From: the human T2T-CHM13v2.0 reference genome, Homo sapiens | Strand: one strand, 5' to 3' | DNA: 64,000 bases | Assembly: GCF_009914755.1 (NCBI RefSeq) | Contig: NC_060930.1 | Shown: in pieces, positions 14,536 to 30,214 of the stretch | Layout: each line of letters opens with the position of its first letter | Position numbering within the stretch: the first letter of the stretch is position 1 | Program-made: the position numbers and the translations under genes | The notes under the pieces: model-generated | Database searches by the model: none | What the model was told of the DNA's origin: nothing | Seen by the model: only the letters and a program-made list of their open reading frames with translations

Positions 14536-14784
14536 AGATATAGATCAGGTTTTGACAACAGTGTACCTTGGAGTACTTGAACAATAATACTAATAAACGC
14601 TTTCCTGACAAAGAGAATGGTTAATAACCTTATGATCTCTAATAAATACAAACTGAAATATAGAATCCCATAGGGAGTAAATATGAGAGTACATTGTCAG
14701 CCTTTTCCAGAGCAGGGAACAGAGGTCTGGATAATGTAAGTGAATTTCCAAATTCCTGTGAGGTGGCTTTAGAAATTTATTTTA

Positions 14785-15084
<300 letters not shown>

Positions 15085-15369
15085 AGAAATATATTTTAAT
15101 GCTTACATTTGAATCCGAATGTGACAGAAATTCACCATCACTTCAGATATCATATTCTGAAGAATGAATTTAGCAGCTGGAAAAAGGACACAGCTTCCCA
15201 ATTCTGCCCTTTTGCTCCAGTGTCTGCTAGAGAAGGCCAGGATGGTGGAGCTGACTTCGAGAAGAGCCACGCAGGTGACGGTCTCATTCTCACCTTTTGG
15301 TGGGTAAGCAGGGGTATCATTAGGCTTATAGTTAGGTGATATTTTCTTTTCTTTTTAAAAATCAAAAAT

Positions 15370-15500
15370 CAAAAAAGATGCACATAAAAAAGTGTAAAAT
15401 ATATTTGCCAAATTGTAAGAATAATTTTAATGCAAACACTTGTGTGGCTGCCACCTATTCAAGAAACAGAATCATGCCAATCTACATGTGCCTCCTCTGT
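15370..15500 (-). mobile_element. Old L1ME 3'-end fragment
   Basis: caaacacttgtgtggctgccacctattcaagaaacagaatcatgcc. Confidence 0.5.
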
Positions 15501-15845
15501 CCAGTTTAGGTCCCAACGGAGTCTAAACTAGAAATATTTTCTAGAAGCTCAAGTGGAATATTGACTTTCTCTGCTCTTTCAAATCATACTCCCACTAAAA
15601 GTTTTTACTGAGCTAGAGATCTTGTATAAAAGGGTCATCATTGACTAAAAATAACAACAATGTATTCTTCCCTGAATGGCAAGCGTTCAAAGACTTATTG
15701 AAAATTAATCCCTTTAGAAGTAGTCTTTGGGAGCAAATCATTGAGAGACCATGGAAAAATCTGGGTAAAGTACATGTATAGAAGTATTTTAAAGGAATTC
15801 ATACAGCCAATGTGTACCAATTCAAATTATTAGGCAACTATTGAG

Positions 15846-16300
15846 CATAGTATTAGGATTCTCCAGAGAAACAGAACCAATAGGAGGTACATACATTTAA
15901 GAGGAGTTTTATTATGGGAATTGGCTCACACAGCTATGTGGGCCAAGAAGTGCCACAATCTGCTGTCTGCAAGCTAGAGAACCAGGAAAATCAGTGGTGT
16001 GTGATTAAGTCCAAGTCTGAAGGCCTGAGAACCACGATTGCTGATGCCAGAGGGCAAGAGAAGATGGATGTCCCAGCTCAAACAGAAAGAGCAAATTCAT
16101 CCTTCTTTCAACATTTTGTTCCACTGGGACCTTAATGGATTAGAGGAGGCCCACCCACACTGATGAGGGCACTATTCTTTACTCAGCCTATCAATTCAAA
16201 TGCTGATCTTCCAGAACTGCCTTCACAGACACACCCAGAAATAATGCTACTTGGTCATCCGTTGGCCCAGTCAAGCTGGCAGATAAAATTAACCATCACA
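15846..16300 (-). mobile_element. ERVL solo LTR (MLT2C/D-like)
   Basis: ttctccagagaaacagaaccaatagg...aagctggcagataaaattaaccatcaca. Confidence 0.88.
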
Positions 16301-16642
16301 AGCACCATGGAATGCAAGACAGTATGCTCGGTGTTCTAGAGCATGTGAATAGTTGTTATTAAAACAACTGCCACACACACACAAAGTTTCTGTGGTCAAA
16401 TGCGTTTTCTAAAACTTTTCTTTCAAGAAAAATTTTTATTTCTGAAACAGGTATATAGCGTAAAATGATTCCCCAAGTTTTCTGGCTAAACATGGCTAAT
16501 ATGGTTCTTTTTCTTTCTTTTTTTTTTTTAAATAGTCAAAAACGCTGATGTTTTAAAGAAATACAGGAAAAATCAAGGATAGCAATATATATTATCAATC
16601 AAGTGCTTACAGATCCCCAAATCCAACTTAAAGTAGACTAAG

Positions 16643-17061
16643 TGTCTCAGTCTATTTGTGTTGCTATAAAGGAATATCTGAAGATGGGTAATTTATAATT
16701 AAAAAAGAGTTGGCTCACAGCTCTGCAGGCTGTACAAGAAGTTTGGTGCCAGCATGTGCATCTGGTGAAGGCCTCAAGCTGCTTCCACTCACTGCAACAG
16801 GGGAAAGAGAGCTAGCATGTGCAGAGATTGCATGGTGAGAGAGGAAGCAAGGAGGCAGTGAGGGGCCAGGCTCTTGTTAACAACCAGTTCTCTCTGATAG
16901 AGTGAGAACATTTCTCCTGCCACCACCGAGGAAGGAGATTAATCTATTCATTAGGGATCCACCCCCACTGCCCAAATACCTCCCATTAGACCCCACATCC
17001 AACACTTTGGATAAAATTTCAACATAAGATTTGGAGACGACAAATAAACCAAACTATAGCA
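16643..17061 (-). mobile_element. MaLR solo LTR (MSTB-like)
   Basis: tgtctcagtctatttgtgttgctataaaggaatatctg...aaaccaaactatagca. Confidence 0.88.
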
Positions 17062-17199
17062 CTAGATCTTTAAAAATCATTTTTAAAAAAAGTATAAAGA
17101 TTTTTTTGAGCCATCAAAAGAAATCTGGAAAATAGTTGGGTCATTGTCCTTCCATTAGAGCTGGCCACTCCTATGAATGAGATGCCACTGGTGACACAC

Positions 17200-17340
17200 T
17201 CTGGTGGAAAGAGCCCTGGCTTGTGAGCCAAAAGTCAATGTTAATACCTCTGTCAGCTTGTACAAGGCAACCGAACTTTCAGGGCCTCAGTTTTCTGATG
17301 GATATAATAAAAAGATTTAGATGGGCTTATTCTAAATTAC
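17200..17340 (+). mobile_element. MIR fragment
   Basis: gtggaaagagccctggct...gggcctcagttttct. Confidence 0.5.
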
Positions 17341-18805
17341 CTAAATCAATGCCTTGATTATTTTTAAGAGTTGAAGTATCTCAAACAAACTGGCTTTTGT
17401 CTCAAAATAAATGATCCTGAACTGAAAGAAATCATGCAGCAAACCTATGGCATTTCAATGTTTTTAGTTTTACTTTTGAGGTGGTGGTATTTTTTTGTCC
17501 TACTGATTGTTTAATTAAATGTAAGCATCTTTTCCAAGCCTTAGGTAAATCAGCACATGGTGGATTTTCTTATAAGCCACGGTGTAGTTTTGCTGGTCAT
17601 TCCTGGAAGGGGTGAGATGAATTGGAACCAAATTTCCACATGGTTTAGCAGGGTTGATGTGCTTGTTTACCAGATTGCTCTTCACTGTACATAAATAATT
17701 AGTTAAGTCTTATCAGACTCTAAGGGTAATTTGTCAAAATAATGTGTGTTTTTCCATTTTAGTGTTAAATCCCATTACACATAATTAATAGATTATTAAC
17801 TTAGTTTAAACAGTTTAGGGAAAACCATTCAGTTAGATTTATTTGTTTTCCAACATTTTAATGGGACAAGAAAAAGTGATCTTAAACTACTGAGCAATTA
17901 TACACAGTTCACAAAGTTTAGAGCAAAAATTAAAACATCTAGCTCATAACATAAGCTGGCCAGAGGGTATTATTTAATCAATTACAAATTGTGAACTCCA
18001 AGAAAAAATATTCTAAGTCCAAGGCAATAGCAGTATCCCATGGAGAATAAAACCTGGAAAATATAAAAATGGAAATGGAAAATGTATAGTTGAATGCCTC
18101 CTTTAGTTAGAGCAAAGAAAATAGAACACCATGTTTTATCTGCTTTGGGTTATTAGAAGACTTCTAGAAATGCTGGCCTTTCAGAAATCCTAGGCCAACC
18201 TTAGTTGGGAGAAGAATGGAAAGTGCGGTTTTGCATTTAACTGAAATATTCAATTACTATTTTTCTTTCTTCAGAATTGTGGTCAGAGCAGCACATGCTT
18301 TGGGGACAGGAAAAGACCAGATCAATTAGTAATAAAGATCTGCTTTTATGCTTGAGTCATGGCTTTGGGGAATAAGTAGGAGATCAAGATGCATTTTCAC
18401 AGTTGAGCACAGACAAGCAAGACAGATTGCTCTGGAATGGTTGATGGCTCTGCAAACATTGATGTTTAAAAAAAAAAAAAAGCAATGATATTACTGGAGA
18501 GGATATTTACAAATGTAAATGCATTCAGCTTTGCTTGTGAGCACAGGGCATCTGGCACTAATATATTTGCTTCTCTGGGTGAAGATCACTAGAGTATACT
18601 ATTAATGGGAAAATATTAGAGAAATTACATGAAATTTGTGATCTGATATGCATTAAGAAAATGTGACATGTTTACAAAGATTTCAGCAAAGGATCTTTCA
18701 ATACTTCAACAATAGGATTGTCCACAGGCTTTGGAAGGAGAAATGAACACCAAGAGGTGAAATTCGTATTCCAGTAACAGTGTAACTGAAGAAAGTGGGG
18801 AATGG

Positions 18806-19120
<315 letters not shown>

Positions 19121-19666
19121 GGAATGGAATTTTGATCCTTCTCAGATTTGCTAACAGATTTCTCCTTCCACGTGGCATAGACAAGGAAATCAGTAGTTTC
19201 AGTTGTAGATTTTTAGCCACATCTCCTCCTGCGTTTTTTCCTAAGAAAAAGAGATGTGGTTTGTGTTGTGGATTGAGAGACAGTATCACATAAGTAATTC
19301 ATAAAGTTGCTCAGGGTTATACCTCTGTGTGATGGGGCCACAGGTGAGCTAGTCAGACTGAGGATAACACTGTGTCAGTCAGAAATACTTGGTCATGGTA
19401 TTAAGCTGGAAGATTTGCTACCTGGTTATTTTGCATCATTATTTCCTTATAGTATCTATTATAGTACATGTTTACCTTTTAATTGTTTGGTAAAGTAGGT
19501 TCTATGTTGAAGGCACAATATAGACCATCCAAGTGTTAAATCTGGGCTCTTTGGAAAAAACAGGTCATTGATTTCCTGGGGGTAATTCTTGGGGGTTAAA
19601 CCTGGATAACTTCTATTTAGTGGTGGGGGCGGGGAGTTGCTGGCCATTTGTCATCTCTCTTCTTCA

Positions 19667-19707
19667 AGTGGGATCATAGTCAGTTTGAGTGGGATCATAG
19701 TAAGTTT
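19667..19707. repeat. 21-bp tandem duplication
   Basis: agtgggatcatagtcagtttg / agtgggatcatagtaagttt. Confidence 0.85.
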
Positions 19708-21080
19708 AGTGCTAGGTTTGCATTTTAGGAGATTCTGTAAACTTTTGTCATATATTCTCAGTTCAGCATTGCATATGATTTCTATTATTGACAACAAAAG
19801 GAAAAATATCCCTTATTGTCTGGTGGCAGGTTTGTTTTGTTATATCTACAATTGAATATAGACGTAAGAAAAATATTATTTAAGATTTCTTCTATGGTTG
19901 TTGAAAATTTGATTGCCACCTGCATTGGAAAACAACAACAAATACAACAACAAATCTTGTGCAAAACTGTGCACCGATTTCAGAAAGTGAAAGTATCACA
20001 TCCCCTTTGAAGAGGGAGAAAAACTGTTATTGGAAGTTAATCTAAAATCAATACCTTGGTTATAATGAAAGCCATCTGCTCTAACTCAGAGTGAGGCAGA
20101 CTTTATTGTCTTTTCAATCACCTACTAATCAACAGGACCAAGATTTCCTGGAAATTTAACTGTAATTTTTAAAAATTGTATATCTCAATCTCTATTTTTT
20201 TCCAGTTTGTATTCATAACAAAACATGAGTAACTCAAGTCAAAAAACAATGGCCCCTGGATAACAAAATCACACCTGAGAATGAAACTAGATTATTGAAA
20301 ACATATAAGTTTTAAACACTCTAAATTATAGATCTCACATTAAGAAATTATTGAAAGGAAAAGAAAGAAGCTCTATAATGACATCTCTCAAAGATAATCA
20401 CTATTCACAGTTTAATTTTTATTATATTTATTTTTTATGTTTTTTTATAGATACAATTAAATATATATGCTTAGCTACATATTTTTAACTTAACACTAAA
20501 ACTTAAGTTTTTCTGTGTTGCAATATAATGTTCATAACCATTTGTTTACTGGCCACCCTGGGTGGATTAATACATTAAAATAATCATTTCTTTGTTGTTG
20601 AACTTATAGGTAAACAGGACCAAACCTCTTAATACACATATTTAAATGAGACTCGATCATCATTGGAAAATGTATTGTATTTACTAAGTAATAAAATGAA
20701 TATACAGCAGCTGAGATACCAAGACAAGAGCTGGTCCTCGGTCAGGTGGGTCAGCACAGGCAAGCATCTTGCTCTGCTTCCCCAGGGCACCTAGTATTCT
20801 TGTTGGTTTGATTTGAATTGCATTTTCTTCTATCAGGCTCCGTTAGCAGCTTAGGAGTAAAGAGGGAAGCTTCTTCTATCGCTACACATCTTCAAATTTT
20901 ATTTTTGCTCCTCTTCCCTTTTTGAAACTTTATTATAGTACCCTATCATCTTACTCTACTATGAAACAGTATAGTAAATGCCTCTCATCCAAAAGCCTGT
21001 CTTTTTAATAGGGAAAAAGTTGAAGGTAAACTTGGCAGCGATACGTCCACCACACACATGCATTCATCTTATAGAAAATT

Positions 21081-21507
<427 letters not shown>

Positions 21508-23027
21508 TTAGGGCGATAAATAGTTAATCCCTTCTGCAAGTTAAAGACTATTTAGCACAACCTTTTCCAAGTATCTTGTAGAAGAAACAAGTCCTATGGC
21601 TAAACAAGTTTCAGAATCCCTGAATGCTCCAGCCGTCTTTCAAAAATTCAAGCTATGAGGGGTCCTGCAGTTTAAAAAATCCCTCACTTGGTTTAACCCA
21701 GTGCTTAGCAGATTTATTTCACCATGGAATCCCGTTTTCAAGTTAAAACCTATTTTTTAATTTATAGTGTATCTAAAACCTACCACGAAAAGCATACGTG
21801 TAGTGCAAAGCCATATTTTGAGTTACACATTTTTGAAATGGCACATTCCTCCTCATTCCTTCATTTGTATTCCACAGTATTAAGCACTTATTGTTTACAA
21901 GGCCCTGGGATGCACTTGACCTTCTTTCACAATCTCAACCTTGATGTGCTCTCCAGACAAAAGAGCACTCCCAGGAAGAAAAATGTTCTAACGACCTTAC
22001 AGGCACCTTTGACCCTGTGACTTATCTTTGGAAAAGCGACAGGAGATTTGTTTATAAGCAAAGGTGGTGCTCTAGGGAAGGAAGCCAGGAAAGAGAATCC
22101 TCCCCACTCACCTTCACGGACTTTTGTCTGGCGATGTCCAGGGCTTGCGTCTCCTTGGGAGAATTTTAGACTATTAATCGTGAAAAGGAGTTCCCTCTCC
22201 TTTCATTCATTCCCCCGGGGGATGGATACCAATGGGTACCAGACCTAGCATTCCTTTCAACACAGGGGATTAAGGGGCGTGTGGTAAGAGGATCCATTTC
22301 AAAGAGCTGGTAGAAGATGATCAATGATCTAGGAAATCAGAGTTGAAGAAGGAACATCAGTGCCTTGAAATGTTCCCTAGAGCTCTGACCCCCACAAGGG
22401 TTTTAACTAAATGGCTACTTAGTTTATTGGATTTACCCACATAGCACATATTTAAATGAAATGGATGGAGGAAAGAACCTCTGCACTACATGGCAGAAAA
22501 ATGACAAAAAGCTTTTGAAGGTCAGGGAACATAGCACAATCACTTTAGACTGGTGAGAAAATGAAATTCTTCTCAAGACCTTGTAGACCTGATGGTGCTA
22601 TCAATTTTAAAACCAGTGTAGTGCTGTGGGAGGCATGTGTTTCATACTAAGTGACTTGTACTGAATTGTAATAGCTTTGAGCATCCACATGAGACCTTAA
22701 TGAATGAGTTACATAAAATGTTAATATCATTAATGCCAGAGAAATTATTTATTTATTACTATCATCACATATTACAAAGCAGAGCTACCAAATCCTTGGC
22801 AAAAAAAAAAAAAACACGAAAAAATCTTATTTTGGTGATTGTCTTTCACAGAGAAACAATCCAGTAATACCTAAAAGGAAAAGTTGACTAATTATGGAAT
22901 TCATTTTTGCTCCCGAAATTCTTTGCTAGCCAATCTCATCTATGTGTAACCCTGCACAGTATAAAATATTATCTGAACTTTTTTAGCAAACTGAACAAAC
23001 ATGAAGAAGTTTGTATCTCTCGATGCA

Positions 23028-23320
23028 TTTTTTTTTTTTTTTTGAGACAGGGTCTCCTCTGTCACCCAGGCTGGAATGCAGTGGTGTGATCACAGCTCAC
23101 TGCAACCTCGATCTCTCAGCCTCAAGCGATCCTCCTGTCTCAGCTTCCTGAGTAGCTGAGGCTACAGGTGCATGCCACCACACCTGATACATTTTTTTTT
23201 CACTAGTAATGAGGTCTCACTATGTTGCCTTGGCTGGTCTTGAACTCCTGAGCTCAAGCGATCCTTCTGTCTCAGCCTCCCAAAGTGCTGGGATTACAGG
23301 TATGAGCCACAACTCCCAGA
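23028..23320 (-). mobile_element. Alu (AluJ-like)
   Basis: Diverged dimeric Alu. Confidence 0.93.
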
Positions 23321-23577
23321 TCAATTTTTTTTTATGTAGTATTTTCCAGGCTTAACCTACACATTTTACTGTGAGATGAAAACACCTGTCATATATAATA
23401 ACAATGCACCAAATTCCAAAATAGTTTGGTGAAGGGCTATTTTCAATGTTTGGCAATGCTATTAAATATATGAAGAAGCTTTCAACTGCAGAAGATAATC
23501 ATCCGTGAGGAGTGTGTGTGTGGATGTGTAGATGAAAGCATCCTTTGCTAGAGTGTTTGTATATGTGTATATGTATG

Positions 23578-23960
23578 TGTAAATAACATTTACTAGGGCT
23601 ACATTAACCAAATACCACAGACTGGGTGGCTTAACCAACAGAAATTTATTTTCTACTTTCTCCAGAGGTTGGAAGTCCAAGATCAAGGTGTCGGCCTGTT
23701 TGATCCCTTCTGAGTTCTCTTCTTCCTGTGTTCTCACATGGCCTTTCCTCTGGGCACCAACTCCTGGTGCCTCGATTTTCCATCCAAGGTTTCTTTTCTT
23801 ATAAGGATAACCAGTACGACTGGATTAAGACCCACCCTAAGAGTCTCGTTTTAAGCTAAGCACCTCTTCAAAGGCCTTGTCTCAAATACAGTCACTGAGG
23901 TACCGGGCATTAGAGCTTCAACCTAGGAATTTGGGGGATACAGCAACTTAGCCCATAGCA
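23578..23960 (-). mobile_element. MaLR solo LTR (MLT1B-like)
   Basis: aaataccacagactgggtggcttaaccaacagaaatttattt...ggaagtccaagatcaaggtgtcggc. Confidence 0.85.
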
Positions 23961-24345
23961 CATAGTATATATAGAAATGCATAATTGGAAGGAAAATTGT
24001 AAGTATTGTCACCACTGTTAATATTTTTCCTCCATGTGTGTGCCATCATTTAGACTGCTCAAGTGAGATGCCAGTGTAAAAATTTTCACCTAAAATTAAG
24101 TGATGATCAATAGTTCATAAGGAAAACTTTAGTCTAAACAGTAGTTTACTTAAAACCATTACTCCAGGAAGCCTTTTGTATTCTTTCTTATTTAAATAAT
24201 TATAAAATAATTTGCATCCATACATGGTTAGTTAGGAAATGGGGGAAAATGCAGAAATATGATTTCAAAGAAAACGTTGACTTCAGATGGAGCAGATGAG
24301 AAGAAATTCTAATAAGTATATTGACTTAGCTTTGGAATAGTATTT

Positions 24346-25013
24346 CAGCAGTTCCCCCATCATCCATGGTTTCACTTTTCACAGTTTCAGTTATTCGAGG
24401 TCAACTTCAGTCCAAAAAAATTAAATGGAAATTTCCAGAAATAAACAATTTAAAAGTTTTCAATTGTGCACTGTTCTGAGTAGCATAATGAGACCTCATG
24501 CCATCCCACTCCATCCTGCTGGGGATGTGAATCATCCCCTTGTCCAGTGAATCCACATGGTCTACACTACCCACCTGTGGGTCATTTAGTAGCCATCTTG
24601 GTTGTCAGATTGACTGGAGGGTTATCACAGTGCTGTGCTCAGATCACCCTTATTTTACTTCATAATGGTCCCAAAGTGCAACAGTAGTGATACTGGCAAT
24701 TCGGATACGCCAAAGAGACGCCATAAAGTACTTCCTTTAAATGAAAATGTAAAAGTTCTCAATTTTAAAAGGAAAGAAAAAATCATATGTTGAGGGTGCC
24801 AAGATCTACCATAAGAACCAATCTTCTGTCCTTGAACTTATGATGAAGGAAAAAGAATTTCATGCTAGTTTTGCTGTTGTATCTCAGACTTCATCATAGG
24901 TATGTATGTATAGGAAAAAAAACAGAGTTTATATAAAGTCTGGTACTAGTCAATGTTTCAGATATCCACTGGAGGTCTGCAACTTATTTCCTGTGGATAA
25001 AAGGGGACTGTTA
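24346..25013 (+). mobile_element. MER44 (C/D-size) Tigger-derived non-autonomous element
   Basis: cagcagttccccc..ggtttcacttttcacagtttcagtta...ggataaaaggggactg; TIR-like ends. Confidence 0.85.
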
Positions 25014-25085
25014 TATAGCTTTTTGTTTGCGGGTGTACCCTCTTTAAGAAATCAGAATATCACATAGAAATATTAATCATGTTTT

Positions 25086-25401
25086 GGCCAGGCACGGTGG
25101 CTCACGCCTGTAATCCCAGCACTTTGGGAGGCCAAGGCGGGCAGATCACAAGGTCAGGAGATCAGTACCATCCTGACTAACACAGTGAAACCCCGTCTCT
25201 ACTAAGAATAAAAAAAATTAGCCGGGTGTGGTGGTGGGTGCCTGTGGTCCCAGCTACTCGGGAGGCTGAGACAGGAGAATGGCATGAACCCGGGAGGCGG
25301 AGGTTGCAGGGAGGCAGAGGTTGCAGTGAGCCGAGATCGCGCCACTGCACTCCAGCCTGGGCGACAGAGAGACACTCCATCTAAAAAAAAAAAAAAAAGA
25401 A
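25086..25401 (+). mobile_element. Alu (AluY/Sc-like) with an internal 17-bp duplication
   Basis: 20-bp TSD agaaatattaat(c/a)atgtttt; gggaggc(g/a)gaggttgca present twice. Confidence 0.95.
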
Positions 25402-25759
25402 AGAAATATTAATAATGTTTTATATGTGAAAAAAATTACATTTCTCAGTAGTTTTATAAATCAGTTTAACCTTAGATTTCTTTAGCCATGATACAGTCTT
25501 AGGATTTTAGGGTTGACAAATCTTCAGGAATTCCAGAGAAGGGATCCTAAAACCCTGTTGCTCCACAAAAGGCCTGAGAGGCCTGGGGGAGGGAGAGCTG
25601 CTGAGCACTTGGGGCTCTTGCCTTTATTTCAACCAGAGTAGCTCCACACTTATGTATAGTATATATTGAAAATTCATGCAGGATTTCTTGTGAAATCAGT
25701 TTCTGCTGCTTTAAAACATGAAAGAAAACCTTTAACTTAGTGTATTCACATGGCACAGC

Positions 25760-25840
25760 CAGGAAACTGAGGCTCAGACAAGTTAAATCACCTGCCCAGG
25801 GTTACACAGTTAGGTTCTTTGATTCTCAGGTCAATCTGTC
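25760..25840 (-). mobile_element. MIR fragment
   Basis: aggaaactgaggctcagacaagttaaatcacctgcccagggttacacag (MIR core). Confidence 0.75.
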
Positions 25841-25898
25841 TTCCCTTGACTATACCAGATTACTTAAATACTGTTTAAATACTGTTTGATTCATTCTT

Positions 25899-26169
<271 letters not shown>

Positions 26170-27119
26170 TGTTTGATTAATTCTTATGCTATCCATACAA
26201 ATGAGATTTTACTGTGGTTTTGCTTGACAGGTAAAAGTAAAGGTTGAGATTTTAACTTTACTATGATCTTTTGGGATATGGACGGAAAGCCAGGGTAGGA
26301 TGTGGTCTCCTCATTTGTCATCCTTGGATGACACTATCTTTTTTTTTTTTTTCAATTAATATGATTTTAAGTACTTTTACTAGTTCTGCATTACCCATTA
26401 TTAAAGTGTTATTTCCTCTCCATTGGCAATTTTTTAAGTAGATTTGGGCTGAACTCGGATCCAGCAAATTGCTCTGATGGGACTTCTTGCTGAAGTTCAG
26501 CAGAGCTTGTGTCTGTTTTGTTTTGTTCAGCATTCTCTGAGACGTGTATTGCTTTGTCCCTGGTTCCAAAACAGGTACGTTTGATATTGTATGCAGGTTA
26601 ATGTATGTAAACCTATACAATGAACCAAATATGCTTGAGTAAATGTATTTCCAGAAAAAAGACACCCCATGACCCTGCAAAGTAACTACATATTTTAGAA
26701 TAATGTTTGTTTTAATTAAATGTTTCCAGAGAGTGGAGAGAAATCCTTGCCTTGAGTTCTGCTACTATGGGATGCTTTCTGTCCTCCCTTCCTGTTTGGG
26801 TACCTCCTTTTACTGGGCAGTGGGAGGGAAACAGAACAGGAAAACCTGGAAAAGATTTGCTTGTTCTAAAAAGGAAATCTCATAAGCCTCACCTTCTAAC
26901 ACTGAATTCGGAATATCTTTTTTTCTTCAGACAGTTTGAAAACTCCTCCCACGTTAAAAGCAAAGACAGTTTTACTGAAGGCAATCATTGTTGAACAAAT
27001 ATTTTTAAGATCTACTCTTTGCTAGGTATTAGCCCTGTACCTGGAAACTATTTTATTTCTCAGTAACAATTAGAAATCAAAATAACTCAAGCAATGAAAA
27101 TAATATTAACTTTGTAAAA

Positions 27120-27280
27120 AGGGGTTATGGATAGATGAAACAAGATTGGCGAAATTGATGATTGTTGAAGCTCAGTGATGAGCTCATGGAAATTTATTGT
27201 TTAATGAATCATTCACTGCGTAATGATTATTTTCCTTTATGCACATTTTAAAACTGGACTAATTGAAGAATTTTAAAATA
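27120..27280 (+). mobile_element. Old L1MC/ME 3'-end fragment
   Basis: gatagatgaaacaagattggc...tgattgttgaagctcagtgatg. Confidence 0.6.
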
Positions 27281-27716
27281 TATAAGCTTGGTGAAATATA
27301 GGTAGGTAAGAGGTCTATACCAAAGGTAAAAACTCTGGTGTCAAGACCAGAAAAACAAAACAAAACAATGAGACTTAAGAGGAAAGAGTCATATCAAAGT
27401 AAGAAAAAGGAGGAAAAAAGGTTCAGAGCCCACACGGAAATGAGAGGATTCTCACTAGGGTTTTGCAGCCTCGTGCTGGGGTAAAGCTGGTAGCTTGAAG
27501 CAGAACCAGGCTAAAGCTGTGGCTGGATATCATTTCTAGTGCTCAGTGCATATTTGTAAGTAGGGTAACTGCTCTGTAATTTATATCTAGTTCTCTTCAA
27601 AGTATACAATACTTCTTTTCTTAGGGCCTTTTTTAATCTCCTGAAGGTCAGAAGTTGTATTTTGCTTATGATTAGAGCTTCAATAATTAGATCAGTAATT
27701 GGCACATACTAGATAA

Positions 27717-27804
27717 CAGTAGTCCCCCCTTATTGGAGGGAAAACATTCTAAGACCCCCAGTGAATGCCTGAAACCACAGAAACTACTGAGCCATATATA
27801 TGTA

Positions 27805-27839
<35 letters not shown>

Positions 27840-28375
27840 GTATATATATGCATATATAGGTGTATATATATGTATATATATGCATATATAGGTGTATATA
27901 TACATATATAAAATATATAAAAATATATATATTATTTTTTTTCCTGCACATACATACCTATGATAAAGCTTAATTTACAACTTAGGCACAGTCAGAGATT
28001 AACAGCAATAACTAATAATAAAATAGGACTATAACAATATGCCAGCATCACTACTCTTGAGCTCTGGGGACTTTACTGTAATGTGGGTTATCTGAACACT
28101 GCAGTACCATGACAGTGGATCTGATCACCAGGTAAGCAACAGGCAGGTGATCCGTGTAAACAGTGTGGATCTGCTAAACAAATGGATGATTCATGTCCTG
28201 GGCAGGACACAGTGGGATGGCCCAAGATTTCATCACATTACTCAAAATTTTGTGCAATTTAAAACTTATGCATTGCTTATTTCTGGAATTTTCCATTTGA
28301 TATTTTTGGACCTTGGTTTACTGGTGAGTAACTGAAACCTCAGAAATCAAAACTGCAAATAAGCAGGGACTGCTA
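27717..28375 (-). mobile_element. MER44 (B-like) with internal TA/TG microsatellite (about 27795-27931)
   Basis: cagtagtcccccttat...ataagcagggactgcta; reverse complement of the element at 24346. Confidence 0.85.
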
Positions 28376-29413
28376 TATTTAACAATAGTTGTCGAATAAA
28401 TGTTTTGAATGTCCCTATTTAAAAGTTCTTGTCATTTTTCCCTGAGAGGAGCCTGAGCCAGTGACCTTATTAACATCTTTATGTGGAATTCTGGAAACCA
28501 TGTGGGTAGGGCAGGTACACAGGTACTCCTAGGGAATGTGCCACGGTAGCTGTTCTCTTTGGACTAAAGCGTGCCTTGCGTCTAACCACAGATTAATCTG
28601 GTTTTCATCATACCTTTTCCCTTTCTGGTTCTTGGACGGGTGGTGAATTACAATGGCCTCATGTTTGATTTTCAACAGCAAGCAAGATTTCCTCTGTGCA
28701 AATTTAGCAGCATTGATCCCTTTATACTATGTTGGTGAGCATGTCCAATTGTTGGCATCATTATTTGATGACTTTATTATTACTGGCCAGGGAAAGCCTC
28801 ATAGGATGTTCTAACCTGAAACTTGAGTTAAATGGCATTTTTATTATTTTTTAAGATACTCTTACAAGTCAGTCTGCAGGATTTATGGAATACTCGCTCT
28901 GCAGAGTCCTATTCAATGCCCTGAGTGCATGCAAAGGAATCAGAGAAGCGGTCCTTGTCTATGGAGCACTTGCCATCTTGTTTGGAATTTTCAGCCTGTC
29001 TAGTGTGAGTTAAAATTACGCCCTCTCCTTGAATACTATTTTCTTGTATTAATTTAAACTGTGATTAAAATAGGTTGATAACTGGTTTATAGCCTTCTTT
29101 ACAGAATTTTCATTGTAGCTCCAGGCCTGGAAATAGCAATTTAATTAGAGACTTACAGCCATGCATTTCATCGTGATAAATGCCCTGTGAATATTTAGAC
29201 TATTAGCAAAGGTAAAATATTTTTGGCTTTCCTTTAACTTATTTAATATTCTTCTTTCCTGTAATTTACTTCACAAGCAGATTTCAAACTGTTATTCCAG
29301 AGGAAAATAGGGCCAACAATGCTCTATTTTGAGGACAGGTCTAACACTGCTACTTCCCAAAGAAACCCTATGTCAGGAAAGTTCACTGTTACATTTTTCC
29401 CATAGAAACATTA

Positions 29414-29753
<340 letters not shown>

Positions 29754-30158
29754 CTATGCTCTTTATTTAAAGGTTTACTTGTCATAAAACTCGTTATACA
29801 CATACATATATGTAAATATATACATATATCTCATATATGTCCATTCTATTTGAGAAAGACATGTTTAACAAATATCCAGCTATTATATGAATGTTTAGTT
29901 TTAAAATATTTCTATGACATAAATGTATAGTTCTCCAGAGAGTATTTTTGCATATGTTATTTCAACTGTTTAATTAAAATAATTTCTGACCGGTAATATT
30001 TCAGCAAGAGCTGGTACCAGCCACACACAGCCATTCTCTGGTTTCCAGCAATGGAGTAGAATCTGGGTCACAATTTTAGTAACGGGGGCTGTGCCTCTGT
30101 CTTTGTCACCACCAGAAATGGGAGCAACCCCAGGGGCTACAGGTCTTCTTAGTTTATA

Positions 30159-30161
<3 letters not shown>

Positions 30162-30209
<48 letters not shown>
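30162..30209. repeat. (GT)24 microsatellite
   Basis: Perfect 48-nt dinucleotide run; Z-DNA-prone and probably length-polymorphic. Confidence 0.97.

Positions 30210-30214
<5 letters not shown>

Noticed and set aside
21550-21735. Possible hAT-type MITE remnants (also near 16380-16500 and 44330-44540)
   Set aside because: Resemblance is too weak to assign a family or boundaries by eye.
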